The notes: generated from the letters alone by a model not told the origin. A stretch of 64,000 nucleotides of DNA from Alphaproteobacteria bacterium (GCA_965243045.1 CBDETR010000004.1:160308-224307), one strand, 5' to 3'. Shown: positions 31,303 through 43,025, counted from the stretch's first letter. Translations and numbers: made by a program.

Positions 31303-32478
31303 ATGCCTTCTTCTGACCTTACCAACTATCAACTTCAGCATTACTCAAAAATTAGCGACCTCAAAGAAGTTTGGCAAAAATTTACCGCTTCTTCGCAACA
31401 CCCCTTTTTAGATTTTCATTTTTTACATAGTTTAGAAATTACAAATTGCCTGAATGAACAAACAGGTTGGCATCCGCATCATCTTGCGCTTCAAAGTGAG
31501 ACTGAAGAAATGATTGCCCTCATGCCCTTTTATGTAAGGATGAATTCTTTTGGTGAGTATATTTTTGACCATGCTTGGGCACATGCTTGGGAGCAAGCTG
31601 GCGGGAATTATTATCCTAAATTATTATCTGCCATTCCTTTTACACCCATCACAGGGGAAAGGTTTTTAATTTCGCCCCAACACCAACATCAAGCGACTCC
31701 TATCAAACAGGCTTTTTTACAGGGAATTATCAAACTTACCAAAGATTATCAGCTTTCCTCTGCCCATATTAATTTTTTACCAGAGGTTGATATTTCCATT
31801 TGCGAGCAACAAAATTTTCTGATTAGACGTGATACACAATTTCATTGGGTCAACAATCATTATCAAGATTTTGATGATTTCTTAAATGCGCTGAGCAACC
31901 GTAAAAGAAAAAATATTCGTAAAGAACGGCAAAAAATTATCGATGGTGGTGTTGAGTTTCAAGCCTTAACAGCCGATGAGATTAAAGCATCTGATTGGGA
32001 CGCATTTTATCATTTTTATTGCGATACTTACGCACGCAAATGGGGCGTTCCTTATTTAACGCGCGCGTTTTTTGATGAACTACATGCAAGAATGGGCAAT
32101 CATATTGTGCTGATTATGGGTTATAAAGATGACCAACCCATTGCGGCGGCTCTTAATTTTTGTGATGAAAATCGCCTTTATGGACGCAATTGGGGATGCG
32201 ATATTGCCTATCCTTTTTTGCATTTTGAAACCTGTTATTATCAAGCGATTGATTATGCGATTGCTCATAAATTGCGCTATGTTGAAGCGGGCACACAAGG
32301 GCAACATAAATTAGATAGAGGCTATCAGCCCGTGACAACATTTTCAGCGCATTACCTTAATCATCAAGGGTTTCACGATGCTGTTAAGAATTTTATTAGC
32401 CATGAAACAGCCTTGCATGATGCCACCCAAACAGCTTTTGAAGAACATAGCCCATTTAAACAAAGTGATAAAAGTTAA
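31303..32478 (+). CDS. GNAT-fold FemAB-like / BioF2-like acyltransferase family protein (DUF482/COG3146-like)
   Basis: Conserved alphaproteobacterial hypothetical of about 390 aa. The start at 31303 (MPSSDL...) is preferred over the track start 31180 because 31180-31302 contains a terminator hairpin and a tandem repeat. Family assignment is from memory of sequence patterns (WHPHHLAL, GEYIFDHAWAHAW). Confidence 0.55.
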   Translation: MPSSDLTNYQLQHYSKISDLKEVWQKFTASSQHPFLDFHFLHSLEITNCLNEQTGWHPHHLALQSETEEMIALMPFYVRMNSFGEYIFDHAWAHAWEQAGGNYYPKLLSAIPFTPITGERFLISPQHQHQATPIKQAFLQGIIKLTKDYQLSSAHINFLPEVDISICEQQNFLIRRDTQFHWVNNHYQDFDDFLNALSNRKRKNIRKERQKIIDGGVEFQALTADEIKASDWDAFYHFYCDTYARKWGVPYLTRAFFDELHARMGNHIVLIMGYKDDQPIAAALNFCDENRLYGRNWGCDIAYPFLHFETCYYQAIDYAIAHKLRYVEAGTQGQHKLDRGYQPVTTFSAHYLNHQGFHDAVKNFISHETALHDATQTAFEEHSPFKQSDKS

Positions 32479-32481
32479 AAG

Positions 32482-34152
32482 TTAAACTTGAATGATGCCA
32501 ACCGTAATCACCGGGCGTTTCTTCAAATAGGTTCTGCTTTCTTTTCGCAAAAATGTTTTTAATCTTTTGATAATTTCTTCTAAGGATACATCATCATCAT
32601 AATGCAAATGAAACAGCTCAATAATTTTATCTTCAATCTGATTAAGCATATCATCAGCAATGGTAAGACCCACTGCGGTAACATGCGGATGCCCCTGAAT
32701 CGCATCATCCTTATCCACTGCCAGTGCCATATGCAACACGCCATTCCAAATGATTTTTCTTCTATCCAGAAATTCTTGCGATTGTTCCTGTAACATCAAA
32801 CCGCTTGGTTCTACAAGCTGCGTTTCACAATCAATGATGTCACAAATTTCTACCGCATTTTTAGCAATTTTAACAACTGAACCATTTTGTGGTAAATAAA
32901 TGCTCTTCAAGCCTGCCGCCTTTGCGATTTTACAATGCGCCCGCAAATGGCGTGGTTCGCCATGAATGGGAATGACCCATTCTGGTTTTAATTTTTGATA
33001 GGTCGCTTCAATTTCTTCACGCTGATAATGCCCTGAAACATGAATATTTTGCTCATCATCGGCAAAAATAATCTCACCGCCTTGTTCCGCAATTCTATTT
33101 TGCATCTGCCCAATCTCAATCTCGTTTCCCGGAATCGTACGGCTAGAAAAAATCACCTTATCATTGGGAGTGATTTTTAATTTCTTTTGTTCGCCTCTGG
33201 CAATCTTTGCAAGCATCGAACGCCCCTCACCTTGAGATCCTGTTACCATAATCAGCAATTCACCAAAATTGATATTGTCTAAATTATCTTCGGTAACAAT
33301 AACAATTTCGTCCGAGAACCAGCCCATTTTCGTGCCAGCCTGATACATGCGTTGCATCGAACGCCCCATCAACATGATTTTCCTGCCTGCCTGATGCCCT
33401 GCCATCATGATGCTATTCATGCGCGCAATGTTAGATGCAAAACAAGTTACAAACAAACGATAATTTTGTGAATCTTTGATGATTTTTTGCAAAGGCTGTG
33501 TCACCAATTCTTCTGAGCCAGAAAAGCCGGGCACCATCACATTTGTGGAATCACAAATCATCGCTTTAATTTTTTCAACTTTATTACCATTTTTTAAAAG
33601 CCAATCATCCGGCTTAAACCCTTCGCCTATCATCGGATTATCATCATATTTCCAATCACCACTATGGATAATAACCCCTATCTCTGTTTGGAAATAAAAA
33701 GCAAAAGCTTCTGGCACGGAATGGGTGACACGGCGCGGGGTAATTGTAAAATCACCAATGTTAAAACTTTCATCCGCCTTAATGGTGTTAAATTCAATCT
33801 CTGATAGGTTTCTAACTTTTTGCTTCACAAGAGATTCACTATATTCGCCCACATAAACAGGCATAGGCTTTTTCTCTAATAATTCAGCAATACCGCCAAT
33901 ATGGTCCTCATGAGAATGCGTAATCAGCACAGCATCAAGGGGAAGCTCATATAAAATATTCATATCAGGCAATAATGTATCAATGCCGGGCATCCGATAA
34001 TCTGCAAAACCAATGCCAATATCAACCAACAGCCAGCAACCTTTATAATGATAAAGATAGGCATTCATACCAATTTCACCCACACCGCCCAATGGTATAA
34101 ATAAAACTGAATCTGAATCTGTTAATTTTTGTAATTGCTTAATGATGCTCAT
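32482..34152 (-). CDS. rnj: ribonuclease J (metallo-beta-lactamase/beta-CASP RNase)
   Basis: 556 aa with HSHEDHIGGI zinc motif and beta-CASP region. The nuoN-birA-coaX-rnj order is conserved in alphaproteobacteria. Confidence 0.85.
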   Translation of the reverse strand: MSIIKQLQKLTDSDSVLFIPLGGVGEIGMNAYLYHYKGCWLLVDIGIGFADYRMPGIDTLLPDMNILYELPLDAVLITHSHEDHIGGIAELLEKKPMPVYVGEYSESLVKQKVRNLSEIEFNTIKADESFNIGDFTITPRRVTHSVPEAFAFYFQTEIGVIIHSGDWKYDDNPMIGEGFKPDDWLLKNGNKVEKIKAMICDSTNVMVPGFSGSEELVTQPLQKIIKDSQNYRLFVTCFASNIARMNSIMMAGHQAGRKIMLMGRSMQRMYQAGTKMGWFSDEIVIVTEDNLDNINFGELLIMVTGSQGEGRSMLAKIARGEQKKLKITPNDKVIFSSRTIPGNEIEIGQMQNRIAEQGGEIIFADDEQNIHVSGHYQREEIEATYQKLKPEWVIPIHGEPRHLRAHCKIAKAAGLKSIYLPQNGSVVKIAKNAVEICDIIDCETQLVEPSGLMLQEQSQEFLDRRKIIWNGVLHMALAVDKDDAIQGHPHVTAVGLTIADDMLNQIEDKIIELFHLHYDDDVSLEEIIKRLKTFLRKESRTYLKKRPVITVGIIQV

Positions 34153-34973
34153 TTTGTTTTCTCATGATAATAAAGCGCGATAAGTCCATTCAAGGTAAGG
34201 TTCTGGTCCACCTCTTCAATCAATGAAGTCTCTTCGGCAATTAACGGGGCATAGCCACCAGTTGCAATGATTTTAAGATGCTCATTCTTCATCTGTTTTT
34301 TAATACGGGCAATCATTGTTTCTACTGTGCCAACTGCCCCATAAAAGAAACCAGATTGCATTGCCATTTGTGTATTTTTACCAATCACCTGTTGTGGTTT
34401 TGTAAAATGGCTCATGGATAATTTTGCGGTGCCTTTCACCAATGCTTGCATGGATAATTGAATCCCCGGCGCAATGATACCGCCTTCATATTGCCCAGCA
34501 TCATCTACAACATCAAAAGTGGTTGCGGTGCCAAAATCAACAACAATCAAGCCTGTTTGATATTGCTGATAGGCTTGCCAGCCATTGATAAGCCTATCAG
34601 AGCCTAATTGTTCAGGATAATCAATTAATACATTCATTTGCGGGATAAAATTGTCTATCCCTATAATTCTTAAATCTGCATGGGTGATATGATTTTGCCA
34701 TAATTGATATAGGTTTTCTTCCACCAACGGCACAACCGATGAAACAATCAAAGCTGTAATCGTATCAAAAGTTATCTTCTGCCCACTTAAAAACTGTGCT
34801 AACAAAACAGCATATTCATCCGCTGTTCGCATTGGCAAATTTTGTAATCGCCAAATTGCCACTTGTTGCTGGTCATCATAAAGCGCAAAAACAACATTGG
34901 TATTTCCTGAATCAACGGCTAATAGCATTCTATATCCTTTTTTATGCTTATAGCATAAAAACATCACCCGCAT
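34149..34973 (-). CDS. coaX: type III pantothenate kinase
   Basis: MLLAVDSGNTNVVFALYDD... and GTATTFDVVD, IIATGGYA motifs; 4-nt overlap with rnj. Confidence 0.85.
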   Translation of the reverse strand: MRVMFLCYKHKKGYRMLLAVDSGNTNVVFALYDDQQQVAIWRLQNLPMRTADEYAVLLAQFLSGQKITFDTITALIVSSVVPLVEENLYQLWQNHITHADLRIIGIDNFIPQMNVLIDYPEQLGSDRLINGWQAYQQYQTGLIVVDFGTATTFDVVDDAGQYEGGIIAPGIQLSMQALVKGTAKLSMSHFTKPQQVIGKNTQMAMQSGFFYGAVGTVETMIARIKKQMKNEHLKIIATGGYAPLIAEETSLIEEVDQNLTLNGLIALYYHEKTK

Positions 34974-35670
34974 GGAAAGTTTCTACTTTACCTTTGCCAG
35001 TTTCCAGTAAAAGACAGCCATAATCATCAATGCCCCGATAAATACCATCTACCCAACGGTTCGCCGTAATTTGCAAGCGCATCATTTTACCAACCCCGTA
35101 AAGATGAGGGCGCAACTCTTTAATCACTGCTTGAAAACCCTTCGCATGCCAAAATTGCCACCAAACATCATACTCACTCAAAAAACGGCTAATCACATTA
35201 AAATCATTGGTATTACGCGCACCTTCTGCCTGCATGGAGGTTGCGGGAAAATAAGTTTTCATGGGTGCTGAGTTAATATTAACCCCTATCCCCATAATCA
35301 ACACAAGCTCGCCTGAATCTTGATTGCTTTCAATTAAAATACCAGCGGTTTTCTTCTCCCGAATAAGAACATCATTGGGCCATTTATAACTAACATCTTC
35401 AGGGTCATCTAAGTGCCATGAAATCACTGAACTTAAAACGGCAACCGCAAAAGGCGAATATTGTGGCAATGATGCACGGGTTAAATCCGGATGAATAATC
35501 ATAGAAAAATATAAATTACCTTCAGGCGATTCCCACGACCTACCTAATCTGCCACGCCCTGCCGTCTGTTTTTTTGCCCAGATGACACTGCCATGTTCTA
35601 ACGGAGATTTTTGTAAAAGCCTTTTTGCTTCTTCATTAGTAGAATCAATTTCATCCAACTCTAAAAACAT
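34948..35670 (-). CDS. birA: biotin--[acetyl-CoA-carboxylase] ligase
   Basis: 240 aa with QTAGRGRLGRSWESPEGNLYFS and KWPNDVL motifs. No N-terminal HTH domain (group I BirA). Confidence 0.8.
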   Translation of the reverse strand: MFLELDEIDSTNEEAKRLLQKSPLEHGSVIWAKKQTAGRGRLGRSWESPEGNLYFSMIIHPDLTRASLPQYSPFAVAVLSSVISWHLDDPEDVSYKWPNDVLIREKKTAGILIESNQDSGELVLIMGIGVNINSAPMKTYFPATSMQAEGARNTNDFNVISRFLSEYDVWWQFWHAKGFQAVIKELRPHLYGVGKMMRLQITANRWVDGIYRGIDDYGCLLLETGKGKVETFHAGDVFML

Positions 35671-35682
35671 GAAATTCCTAAT

Positions 35683-37131
35683 CTAAAAAAGGGCTGATGA
35701 TGCCAACCGTGACATATAAATTAATGGTGATGGCCAAAGTGCAAAAATCACTATCAATGTTGCTGTTGATAAAATAACCACACGTAATATTAAATTATGA
35801 CTAATCATATGCACTGTTTTTGGTGCCTCAAAAAACATCAAACGAATAATATATAAATAATAAAAAGCACTGATAACACTGGTTAATGCCGCAATCACAA
35901 CCAAAATATATAATTCTTGTTCTAAAGCCGCTGTGAATACATAAAATTTTGCAAAGAAACCCGCCATAGGTGGAATGCCTGCCATTGAAAACATGAATAT
36001 CATCAATGCGATGGCAATGCCCGGAGAATTTTGCAACAACCCAGATAAATCGCTAATATTTTCATAATCACCCTGCTGATTGCGTATCGATAAAATACAG
36101 GCAAATAACCCAATGCTGGTAATCATATAAATGGTTAGATACACCATGATTGCTGTTAAGCCATCTTCTGTACCCGCACTTAAACCTACCAAAGCATAGC
36201 CCATATGCCCGATTGAACTATAGGCAATTAACCTTTTGATATTGCTTTGGGCAATCGCCGCAAAACATGCCAACCCCATAGACAGACTGGCAATCAACAT
36301 CACCACCATCTGCCATTGCGCCACAACATCGCCAAATGCCACAATAAGTAACCGTGCAAATAATATAAAGGCGGCAATTTTTGGAACTGTGGCAAAGAAA
36401 GTGGTCACAGGCAGTGGAGTGCCTTCATAAACATCAGGAGTCCACATATGGAATGGCACAGCTGAAAGCTTAAATGCCAAACCCGCAATCAAAAAACTCA
36501 TCCCTATAATGGCGCCAACAGGCAATTGGTCTGATTGTAACTGACTCGCAATTTCAGGAAAGGAAAGACTGCCCGTAAAGCCATAAACCAAACTCGCGCC
36601 ATATAAAATAACCGCTGATGCCAAGGCACCTAGCACAAAATATTTTAAGCTGGCTTCAGATTCACGAATAGAATCACGTCGAAATGCAACCATCACATAA
36701 AGCGCCAAGCTTTGTAGCTCCAAACCAATATAAAGCACAAGCAAATGATTGGCAGAAATCATCACCAACATTCCAAGCACAGCAAACAAAACCAAAATAG
36801 GATATTCAAATTGATTCATACCCACATTTTTACATTCTTCGGCACTGATGAGCAGAACAGCAAATGTACCTGCCAGCACTAACATTTTGCTATAAGCAAC
36901 CAAATCATCCCAGATATATTGTCCTGCAAAAATAGTATGATTGTTATCTGGAAACCAATTAAACTGCAACAATATCACGATAAAACAGCCTGCCAATACC
37001 GCCAAACTTAAACCATGCGTTAGACGATAGGCCTTGCCTGCCTCGTTAATAAACACAGCACCGCCAATTAATAATAAAATCGTAGATGCAAGAATAATTT
37101 CTGCCAAAAGAATTGAAGCGTGATATAGCAT
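35683..37131 (-). CDS. nuoN: NADH-quinone oxidoreductase subunit N
   Basis: 482 aa polytopic antiporter-like subunit, last gene of the nuo operon. Confidence 0.9.
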   Translation of the reverse strand: MLYHASILLAEIILASTILLLIGGAVFINEAGKAYRLTHGLSLAVLAGCFIVILLQFNWFPDNNHTIFAGQYIWDDLVAYSKMLVLAGTFAVLLISAEECKNVGMNQFEYPILVLFAVLGMLVMISANHLLVLYIGLELQSLALYVMVAFRRDSIRESEASLKYFVLGALASAVILYGASLVYGFTGSLSFPEIASQLQSDQLPVGAIIGMSFLIAGLAFKLSAVPFHMWTPDVYEGTPLPVTTFFATVPKIAAFILFARLLIVAFGDVVAQWQMVVMLIASLSMGLACFAAIAQSNIKRLIAYSSIGHMGYALVGLSAGTEDGLTAIMVYLTIYMITSIGLFACILSIRNQQGDYENISDLSGLLQNSPGIAIALMIFMFSMAGIPPMAGFFAKFYVFTAALEQELYILVVIAALTSVISAFYYLYIIRLMFFEAPKTVHMISHNLILRVVILSTATLIVIFALWPSPLIYMSRLASSALF

Positions 37132-37152
37132 TAATATGTGACCTTTCTAAAC

Positions 37153-38634
37153 CTATGAGACTTGATTGATGCGCTCAACCAAAAATTCTACAGGCAAATC
37201 AAAAAAATTCAAAAAGGTAATCGGATAGATACCCATCCATAATACCAACATGGCAATCCCTACAAATATCAAACTTTCACGCCTATCTAATTCTTTTATA
37301 TCCGCAAGGGCAGAAAGCAATTGCCCATACATAACTTTCCGATAAAGCACGAGAGCATAAGTTGCCCCTAGCACCATACCGCTGGCAATCAAAGTGCCGA
37401 CAATCGTGCTGGCTTGAAATGTTCCGGCAAGTACCAAAAATTCGCCGACAAAGCCACTTGTGCCGGGCAAGCCAACAGATGCCATTGTAAAGAATAAAAA
37501 GAAAAATGCGTAGCGTGGCATTCGATTCACCAACCCTGAATATTTTGCAATTTCGCGAGTATGCATTCGGTCATAAACAACGCCCACACATAAAAATAAC
37601 GCTGCTGAGATTAAGCCATGGCTTAACATTTGCACCATCGCACCATTGATACCCTGCACATTGCCTGAAAATAAACCCGCCGTTACAAAACCCATATGTG
37701 CCACAGATGAATAGGCGATTAGTTTTTTCATATCCGTTTGCACCAATGCCACCAAAGATGCATAGACCACAGCGATAATGGAAAGCCCAAACACTAACGG
37801 CGCAAAATAAACGCTGGCATCGGGTAACATGGGCAATGAGAAACGTAAAAAACCATAACCACCCATTTTCAACAGCACCCCTGCTAAAATAACCGAACCT
37901 GCCGTAGGGGCTTCCACATGGGCATCGGGCAACCATGTATGCACAGGCCACATCGGCATTTTGACTGCAAATGATGCAAAAAACGCCAACCACAGCCATT
38001 TCTGTAAACCCACTGGGAAATCATAATTCATCAATTCTGGTATATCGGTTGTACCCGCTTGATAACTTAACACGATGATGGCAATCAGCATCAAAATGGA
38101 CCCTAGCAATGTATAAAGGAAAAACTTAAATGCCGCATAAATTTTATTCTTGCCACCCCAAATCCCGATAATCACAAACATCGGAATCAAAACCGCTTCA
38201 AAAAACACATAAAATAAGACGCTATTTAGCGCAGCAAATGTGCCAAGCATTAAGGTTTCTAAAATCAAAAAAGCCACCATGTAATATTTGACATTATTGG
38301 TAATAGAATGCCAACTTGCCAAGATACAAATAGGCACAAGAAAGCTTGTCAATAAAATGAAACTCAGCGAAATGCCATCGATGCCCACATGGTAAAAAAT
38401 ATTTGTGCCGGGAAACCACGAAATTTTTTCTTCAAACTGAAACCCTTCTGCATGTGTATCAAACCCAACCCATAATAAAAGAGTCAACAGGAACACTGCC
38501 GTTGATACCGCTAAACTTGTCCGCCTTGCACTCAGTGCTGTACTTTGTTCAGCATCGCGCAAAAACGACATTGCCCCCACCCCTATTAAGGGTAAGAAAA
38601 TAATAATGCTTAAAATAGGCCATTGTGCAATCAT
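37153..38634 (-). CDS. nuoM: NADH-quinone oxidoreductase subunit M
   Basis: 493 aa antiporter-like subunit with WLPDAHVEAPTAGSVILAG. Confidence 0.9.
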   Translation of the reverse strand: MIAQWPILSIIIFLPLIGVGAMSFLRDAEQSTALSARRTSLAVSTAVFLLTLLLWVGFDTHAEGFQFEEKISWFPGTNIFYHVGIDGISLSFILLTSFLVPICILASWHSITNNVKYYMVAFLILETLMLGTFAALNSVLFYVFFEAVLIPMFVIIGIWGGKNKIYAAFKFFLYTLLGSILMLIAIIVLSYQAGTTDIPELMNYDFPVGLQKWLWLAFFASFAVKMPMWPVHTWLPDAHVEAPTAGSVILAGVLLKMGGYGFLRFSLPMLPDASVYFAPLVFGLSIIAVVYASLVALVQTDMKKLIAYSSVAHMGFVTAGLFSGNVQGINGAMVQMLSHGLISAALFLCVGVVYDRMHTREIAKYSGLVNRMPRYAFFFLFFTMASVGLPGTSGFVGEFLVLAGTFQASTIVGTLIASGMVLGATYALVLYRKVMYGQLLSALADIKELDRRESLIFVGIAMLVLWMGIYPITFLNFFDLPVEFLVERINQVS

Positions 38635-38642
38635 TGTTATTC

Positions 38643-40574
38643 CTAATCAATCAATAAACTAACCAAGCCGGCTAACAAAACAATTCCAACCAGCATGGCA
38701 AAAGCATAATGATACACAAAACCACTTTGCAACCATGAGGCATATTGTGACACGCGTTTCACATCTTTGCTAACGCCATCTGGGCCGTAACGGTCAATAA
38801 CATTCTTATCGCCACGCCAGAAAATCTGTCCGATTTTAATAGCAGGCTTTACAAAAATAAACTGATATAATTCATCAAAATACCATTTATTCAATAAAAA
38901 ACGATATAATGGGCGGAGCAAACTTTCACTCACCCTTGGTAACGCAGGCAGCAACTGATAACAAATAACGCCAAGCATCGCACCCATCACAGCCATCAAA
39001 ATTGGTAATTTTTTAATGGCATCACTCACATGATGTGCCCCTTCAAGCGCATGATGCTCAGCTGCAATGAAAATAGCCTCACCCCAAAATGCTTTGTAGG
39101 ACTCACCGACCATAATATCATAAAACCAAATGCCTGAAAAAATTGCGCCTAAGGCTAATACTGCCAATGGTAATAAAATAATAATCGGGGATTCATGGGT
39201 TTTAAGCAGAACTTGTCGAGATAAACGTGATTGTCCATGAAAACTCATCAGCAGTAAACGGGTAGAATAAAACGCTGTCATAAAAGCAGCGGCAATTCCA
39301 AGCCAAAACGCATAATCGCTTACCCATGTTTGGGCAGCAAAAGCAGATTCTAAAATCAAATCTTTGGAATAATAGCCGGCAAAAAATGGAATTCCCATCA
39401 ATGAAAACGACCCGATAAGCATAAACATATAAGTGAGCGGCATCAGGGTACGCAACCCTCCCATATGTCGCATATCTTGTTCATTTTGAATGTTATGAAT
39501 GACCGAGCCTGCCCCTAAAAACAACAATGCTTTGAAAAATGCATGTGTTGTTAAATGGAACATTGCCGCAGGATAGGCAGAAACCCCAATGGCAAAAAAC
39601 ATATAGCCTAATTGCGAACAGGTGGAATAAGCAATCACTCTTTTAATATCATTTTGCACAATCGCTACTGTGCCTGCAAAAAAGGCGGTGCTTGCACCAA
39701 TGATGGTAATCGTTATCAAGGCCGTTTCAGAATATTCCAATAAAGGCGATAAACGGCATAGCATAAATACACCCGCAGTAACCATCGTTGCCGCGTGAAT
39801 GAGCGCACTCACTGGGGTAGGTCCCTCCATCGCGTCGGGCAACCATGTATGCAAACCAAGCTGTGCTGATTTGCCCATCGCACCAATAAATAGCAGCAGA
39901 CTGATAATCGTAAAAGCATGAAATTCTTTACCAAAAAAGACAAATGTTTCTTCTGATAAAGCCGCTGTTTGGGCAAAAATATCACTAAATTGCACCGAGC
40001 CAAAGACAATATAAATCGCAAAAATGCCTAAGGCAAAACCAATATCACCCACACGATTCACTAAGAAAGCTTTGATTGCCGCTTGATTGGCTGAATCCTT
40101 ATGATGCCAAAAACCAATCAATAAATAAGAAGCAAGTCCAACGCCTTCCCAACCAAAGAATAATTGTACCAAATTATCCGAGGTTACCAACATCAGCATA
40201 AAGAAAGTAAATAGGCTGAGATACGCCATAAAACGCGCAATAGACCTATCATGGCTCATATAGCCAATCGAATAAATATGCACCATTGCCGATATGCTAG
40301 TGACCACCAACATCATCGTGATGCTCAAACTATCAATACGCAATGCCCAATTAAACACAAAATCACCAACCGCACCCCATTGCAATATATGTATCACTGT
40401 TAATGCCGGCACAGGCAAATTATTCAAAAATAACAACCAAGAAAATACCGCTGCAATAATGATAACAATCGTTGTAATGAATTGCGCGCCTCTATCGCCC
40501 AAATAAGGCTTTGCCATATAAGCAAAAATAGCGGCAATCAATGGCGCAAAAACAATGAATTCAGCCAGTCTCAT
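38643..40574 (-). CDS. nuoL: NADH-quinone oxidoreductase subunit L
   Basis: 643 aa with WLPDAMEGPTPVSALIHAATMVTAG. Confidence 0.9.
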   Translation of the reverse strand: MRLAEFIVFAPLIAAIFAYMAKPYLGDRGAQFITTIVIIIAAVFSWLLFLNNLPVPALTVIHILQWGAVGDFVFNWALRIDSLSITMMLVVTSISAMVHIYSIGYMSHDRSIARFMAYLSLFTFFMLMLVTSDNLVQLFFGWEGVGLASYLLIGFWHHKDSANQAAIKAFLVNRVGDIGFALGIFAIYIVFGSVQFSDIFAQTAALSEETFVFFGKEFHAFTIISLLLFIGAMGKSAQLGLHTWLPDAMEGPTPVSALIHAATMVTAGVFMLCRLSPLLEYSETALITITIIGASTAFFAGTVAIVQNDIKRVIAYSTCSQLGYMFFAIGVSAYPAAMFHLTTHAFFKALLFLGAGSVIHNIQNEQDMRHMGGLRTLMPLTYMFMLIGSFSLMGIPFFAGYYSKDLILESAFAAQTWVSDYAFWLGIAAAFMTAFYSTRLLLMSFHGQSRLSRQVLLKTHESPIIILLPLAVLALGAIFSGIWFYDIMVGESYKAFWGEAIFIAAEHHALEGAHHVSDAIKKLPILMAVMGAMLGVICYQLLPALPRVSESLLRPLYRFLLNKWYFDELYQFIFVKPAIKIGQIFWRGDKNVIDRYGPDGVSKDVKRVSQYASWLQSGFVYHYAFAMLVGIVLLAGLVSLLID

Positions 40575-40576
40575 GA

Positions 40577-40897
40577 TTAGCCCTTCATCGTAGAAATTGT
40601 ATCAACAGCAATAGATGCGCGGTTGCGATAATAAACCACCAAAATTGCTAAACCTATAGCCGCTTCCGCCGCCGCCACTGAAAGAATGAATAGGCTAAAA
40701 ATTTGCCCAGCATAATCATTAAGTTCTGTTGAAACAGCGACAAAATTAATATTCACCGCCAGCAACATTAATTCAATAGACATTAAAATAACAATCACAT
40801 TCCGACGATTCAGAAAAATGCCAAACAATCCGAAAGTGAAAATAATCGAACTCAAAATAAAATAGTGACTCAATGTAACATCAAAACCCATCATCAA
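40577..40897 (-). CDS. nuoK: NADH-quinone oxidoreductase subunit K
   Basis: 106 aa three-helix subunit with [13 protein letters not shown]. Confidence 0.9.
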   Translation of the reverse strand: MMMGFDVTLSHYFILSSIIFTFGLFGIFLNRRNVIVILMSIELMLLAVNINFVAVSTELNDYAGQIFSLFILSVAAAEAAIGLAILVVYYRNRASIAVDTISTMKG

Positions 40898-41499
40898 TCC
40901 TTTGCTTGTTTTTTATGTTCTGATTGCCGCGGGTCAACTAATTTGACACTATCGCGACCGCGCATATTCTGCACGCTGATATTCTGCCGCAACACACCCG
41001 GACGCTTCCTTAATGTCAAAACAATCGCCCCCATCATTGCCAAGAGCAAAATCATTCCAACCGCTTCAAACACATAGGCATATTCGGTATAAAGTAGTAA
41101 GCCTATTTCTTTTGTATTATTGCTAATCGTAATTTCATCGGCTGATTTATAAATAGCCTGTTGCCCATTCACTGCCAAAATCAACTGCACCAATAATAAC
41201 AAACCAAACCCTGTGCCGATGATAAAATAACGTCCAAATTTACGCTTCACATCCTCTATCTGAATATCAAGCATCATCACCACAAATAAAAATAAAACAG
41301 CAACCGCCCCTACATAAACAATCACCAAAGTCATGGCTAAAAATTCTGCCCCGCGCAATAAAAACAACCCTGCCGAATTGAAAAATGCCAATATCAGAAA
41401 CAGCACCGAATGCACTGGATTGCGAGCAATCACCACCATAAAAGCTGCAAAGACAATCAATGCGGCAAATAAATAAAATACAATATTATAAATAAACAT
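40894..41499 (-). CDS. nuoJ: NADH-quinone oxidoreductase subunit J
   Basis: 201 aa membrane subunit in operon position. Confidence 0.85.
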   Translation of the reverse strand: MFIYNIVFYLFAALIVFAAFMVVIARNPVHSVLFLILAFFNSAGLFLLRGAEFLAMTLVIVYVGAVAVLFLFVVMMLDIQIEDVKRKFGRYFIIGTGFGLLLLVQLILAVNGQQAIYKSADEITISNNTKEIGLLLYTEYAYVFEAVGMILLLAMMGAIVLTLRKRPGVLRQNISVQNMRGRDSVKLVDPRQSEHKKQAKD

Positions 41500-41517
41500 T
41501 TTCGCTATAACTTCCCA

Positions 41518-42000
41518 TTACCGATAAGGCGCATCTTTTGCCAAATTGCCTGCAATCGCACTTTCCCATCTATCACCATTGGCAAGCAATTTTTCTTTTG
41601 TGTAAAATAACTCTTGTCTGGTTTCAGTGGCAAATTCAAAATTAGGCCCTTCTACAATCGCATCAACCGGGCACGCTTCTTCGCAGAAACCACAATAAAT
41701 ACATTTTGTCATATCAATATCATAACGGGTGGTGCGTCTTGAATTATCAGCACGTGGCTCTGTTTCAATAATAATCGCTTGTGCGGGGCAAATCGCTTCG
41801 CATAGCTTACAAGCAATACATCTTTCTTCACCATTGGGATAACGCCGTAACGCATGTTCGCCTCTGAAACGTGGGCTTAACGGCCCTTTTTCATAAGGGT
41901 AATTAAGCGTATGTTTAGACTGAAACATTGCCTTCAACGTCAACATCATGCCCGATAATATCTCTATCAATAAAAAACTTTTTATTCTATCTTGCCACAT
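41518..42000 (-). CDS. nuoI: NADH-quinone oxidoreductase subunit I
   Basis: 160 aa with two 4Fe-4S ferredoxin motifs ([24 protein letters not shown]). Confidence 0.95.
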   Translation of the reverse strand: MWQDRIKSFLLIEILSGMMLTLKAMFQSKHTLNYPYEKGPLSPRFRGEHALRRYPNGEERCIACKLCEAICPAQAIIIETEPRADNSRRTTRYDIDMTKCIYCGFCEEACPVDAIVEGPNFEFATETRQELFYTKEKLLANGDRWESAIAGNLAKDAPYR

Positions 42001-42017
42001 TATAAACCCCTTTTGCC

Positions 42018-43025
42018 TTACGATGGCAATAAATCAAACCATAATAAGAAAAATGCTGTGCCTACCAACCATAATAATGTAATAGGAAGAAAAATTTTCC
42101 AACCCAAACGCATCAGTTGATCGTAGCGATAGCGTGGAAATGTTGCCCGCACCCAAATGAATAAGAACAAAATGAGTGAGATTTTTATACCAAACCAAAT
42201 CGGCCCTTCAAGCCAAATAAATGGCGCAACATCAAAAGGCGATAACCAACCACCCAAAAATAAAAGCACAAACAGCGCGCTCATCAAAATCATATTGATA
42301 TATTCACCCAAAAAGAACAGGGCAAAACTCATGGCAGAATATTCCACATTATAGCCTGAAACAAGCTCGCTCTCGCTTTCAGGCAAATCAAAAGGAGCGC
42401 GATTTGTTTCTGCCAAAATTGAGATAAAAAACACAACTGCCATCGGCAAAAGTGGCACGACGTACCAAATATCTTCTTGCGATTTTACAATCTCAGAAAG
42501 ATTCAAAGAACCCGCACACATTAACACAATCACCACAATTACCCCAATTGGCAATTCGTAAGAAACCATTTGCGCGGCACTTCTAAGCGCGCCTAAAAAC
42601 GGATATTTAGAATTAGATGACCACCCCGCAATGATAATCCCATAAACACCCAAAGATGAGGTTGCCAAAATATATAAGATGCCCACATTAATATCAGCCA
42701 GCATCAAACCTTCACCAAAAGGAATCACAGCCCATGCTAAAATTGCCAGCGAAAAAGTAATCATCGGCCCCATCAAAAACAGTAAACGGTTAGCACCAGC
42801 GGGAATAATCATTTCTTTGGTAAAAAGTTTCAATCCATCAGCAAATGGTTGTAATAACCCAAACGCACCCACCACATTGGGCCCTTTGCGTCTATGCATC
42901 CAACCCATTACCTTCCGTTCAGCAAGCGTGAGATAAGCCATCGCAATCATTAATGGCACCACTATCGCCAAAATATTACCAATCAGCAAAATCGCAGGTA
43001 AAATATATTCTTCTACAAAAACCAT
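42018..43025 (-). CDS. nuoH: NADH-quinone oxidoreductase subunit H
   Basis: 335 aa with [22 protein letters not shown]. Confidence 0.95.
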   Translation of the reverse strand: MVFVEEYILPAILLIGNILAIVVPLMIAMAYLTLAERKVMGWMHRRKGPNVVGAFGLLQPFADGLKLFTKEMIIPAGANRLLFLMGPMITFSLAILAWAVIPFGEGLMLADINVGILYILATSSLGVYGIIIAGWSSNSKYPFLGALRSAAQMVSYELPIGVIVVIVLMCAGSLNLSEIVKSQEDIWYVVPLLPMAVVFFISILAETNRAPFDLPESESELVSGYNVEYSAMSFALFFLGEYINMILMSALFVLLFLGGWLSPFDVAPFIWLEGPIWFGIKISLILFLFIWVRATFPRYRYDQLMRLGWKIFLPITLLWLVGTAFFLLWFDLLPS

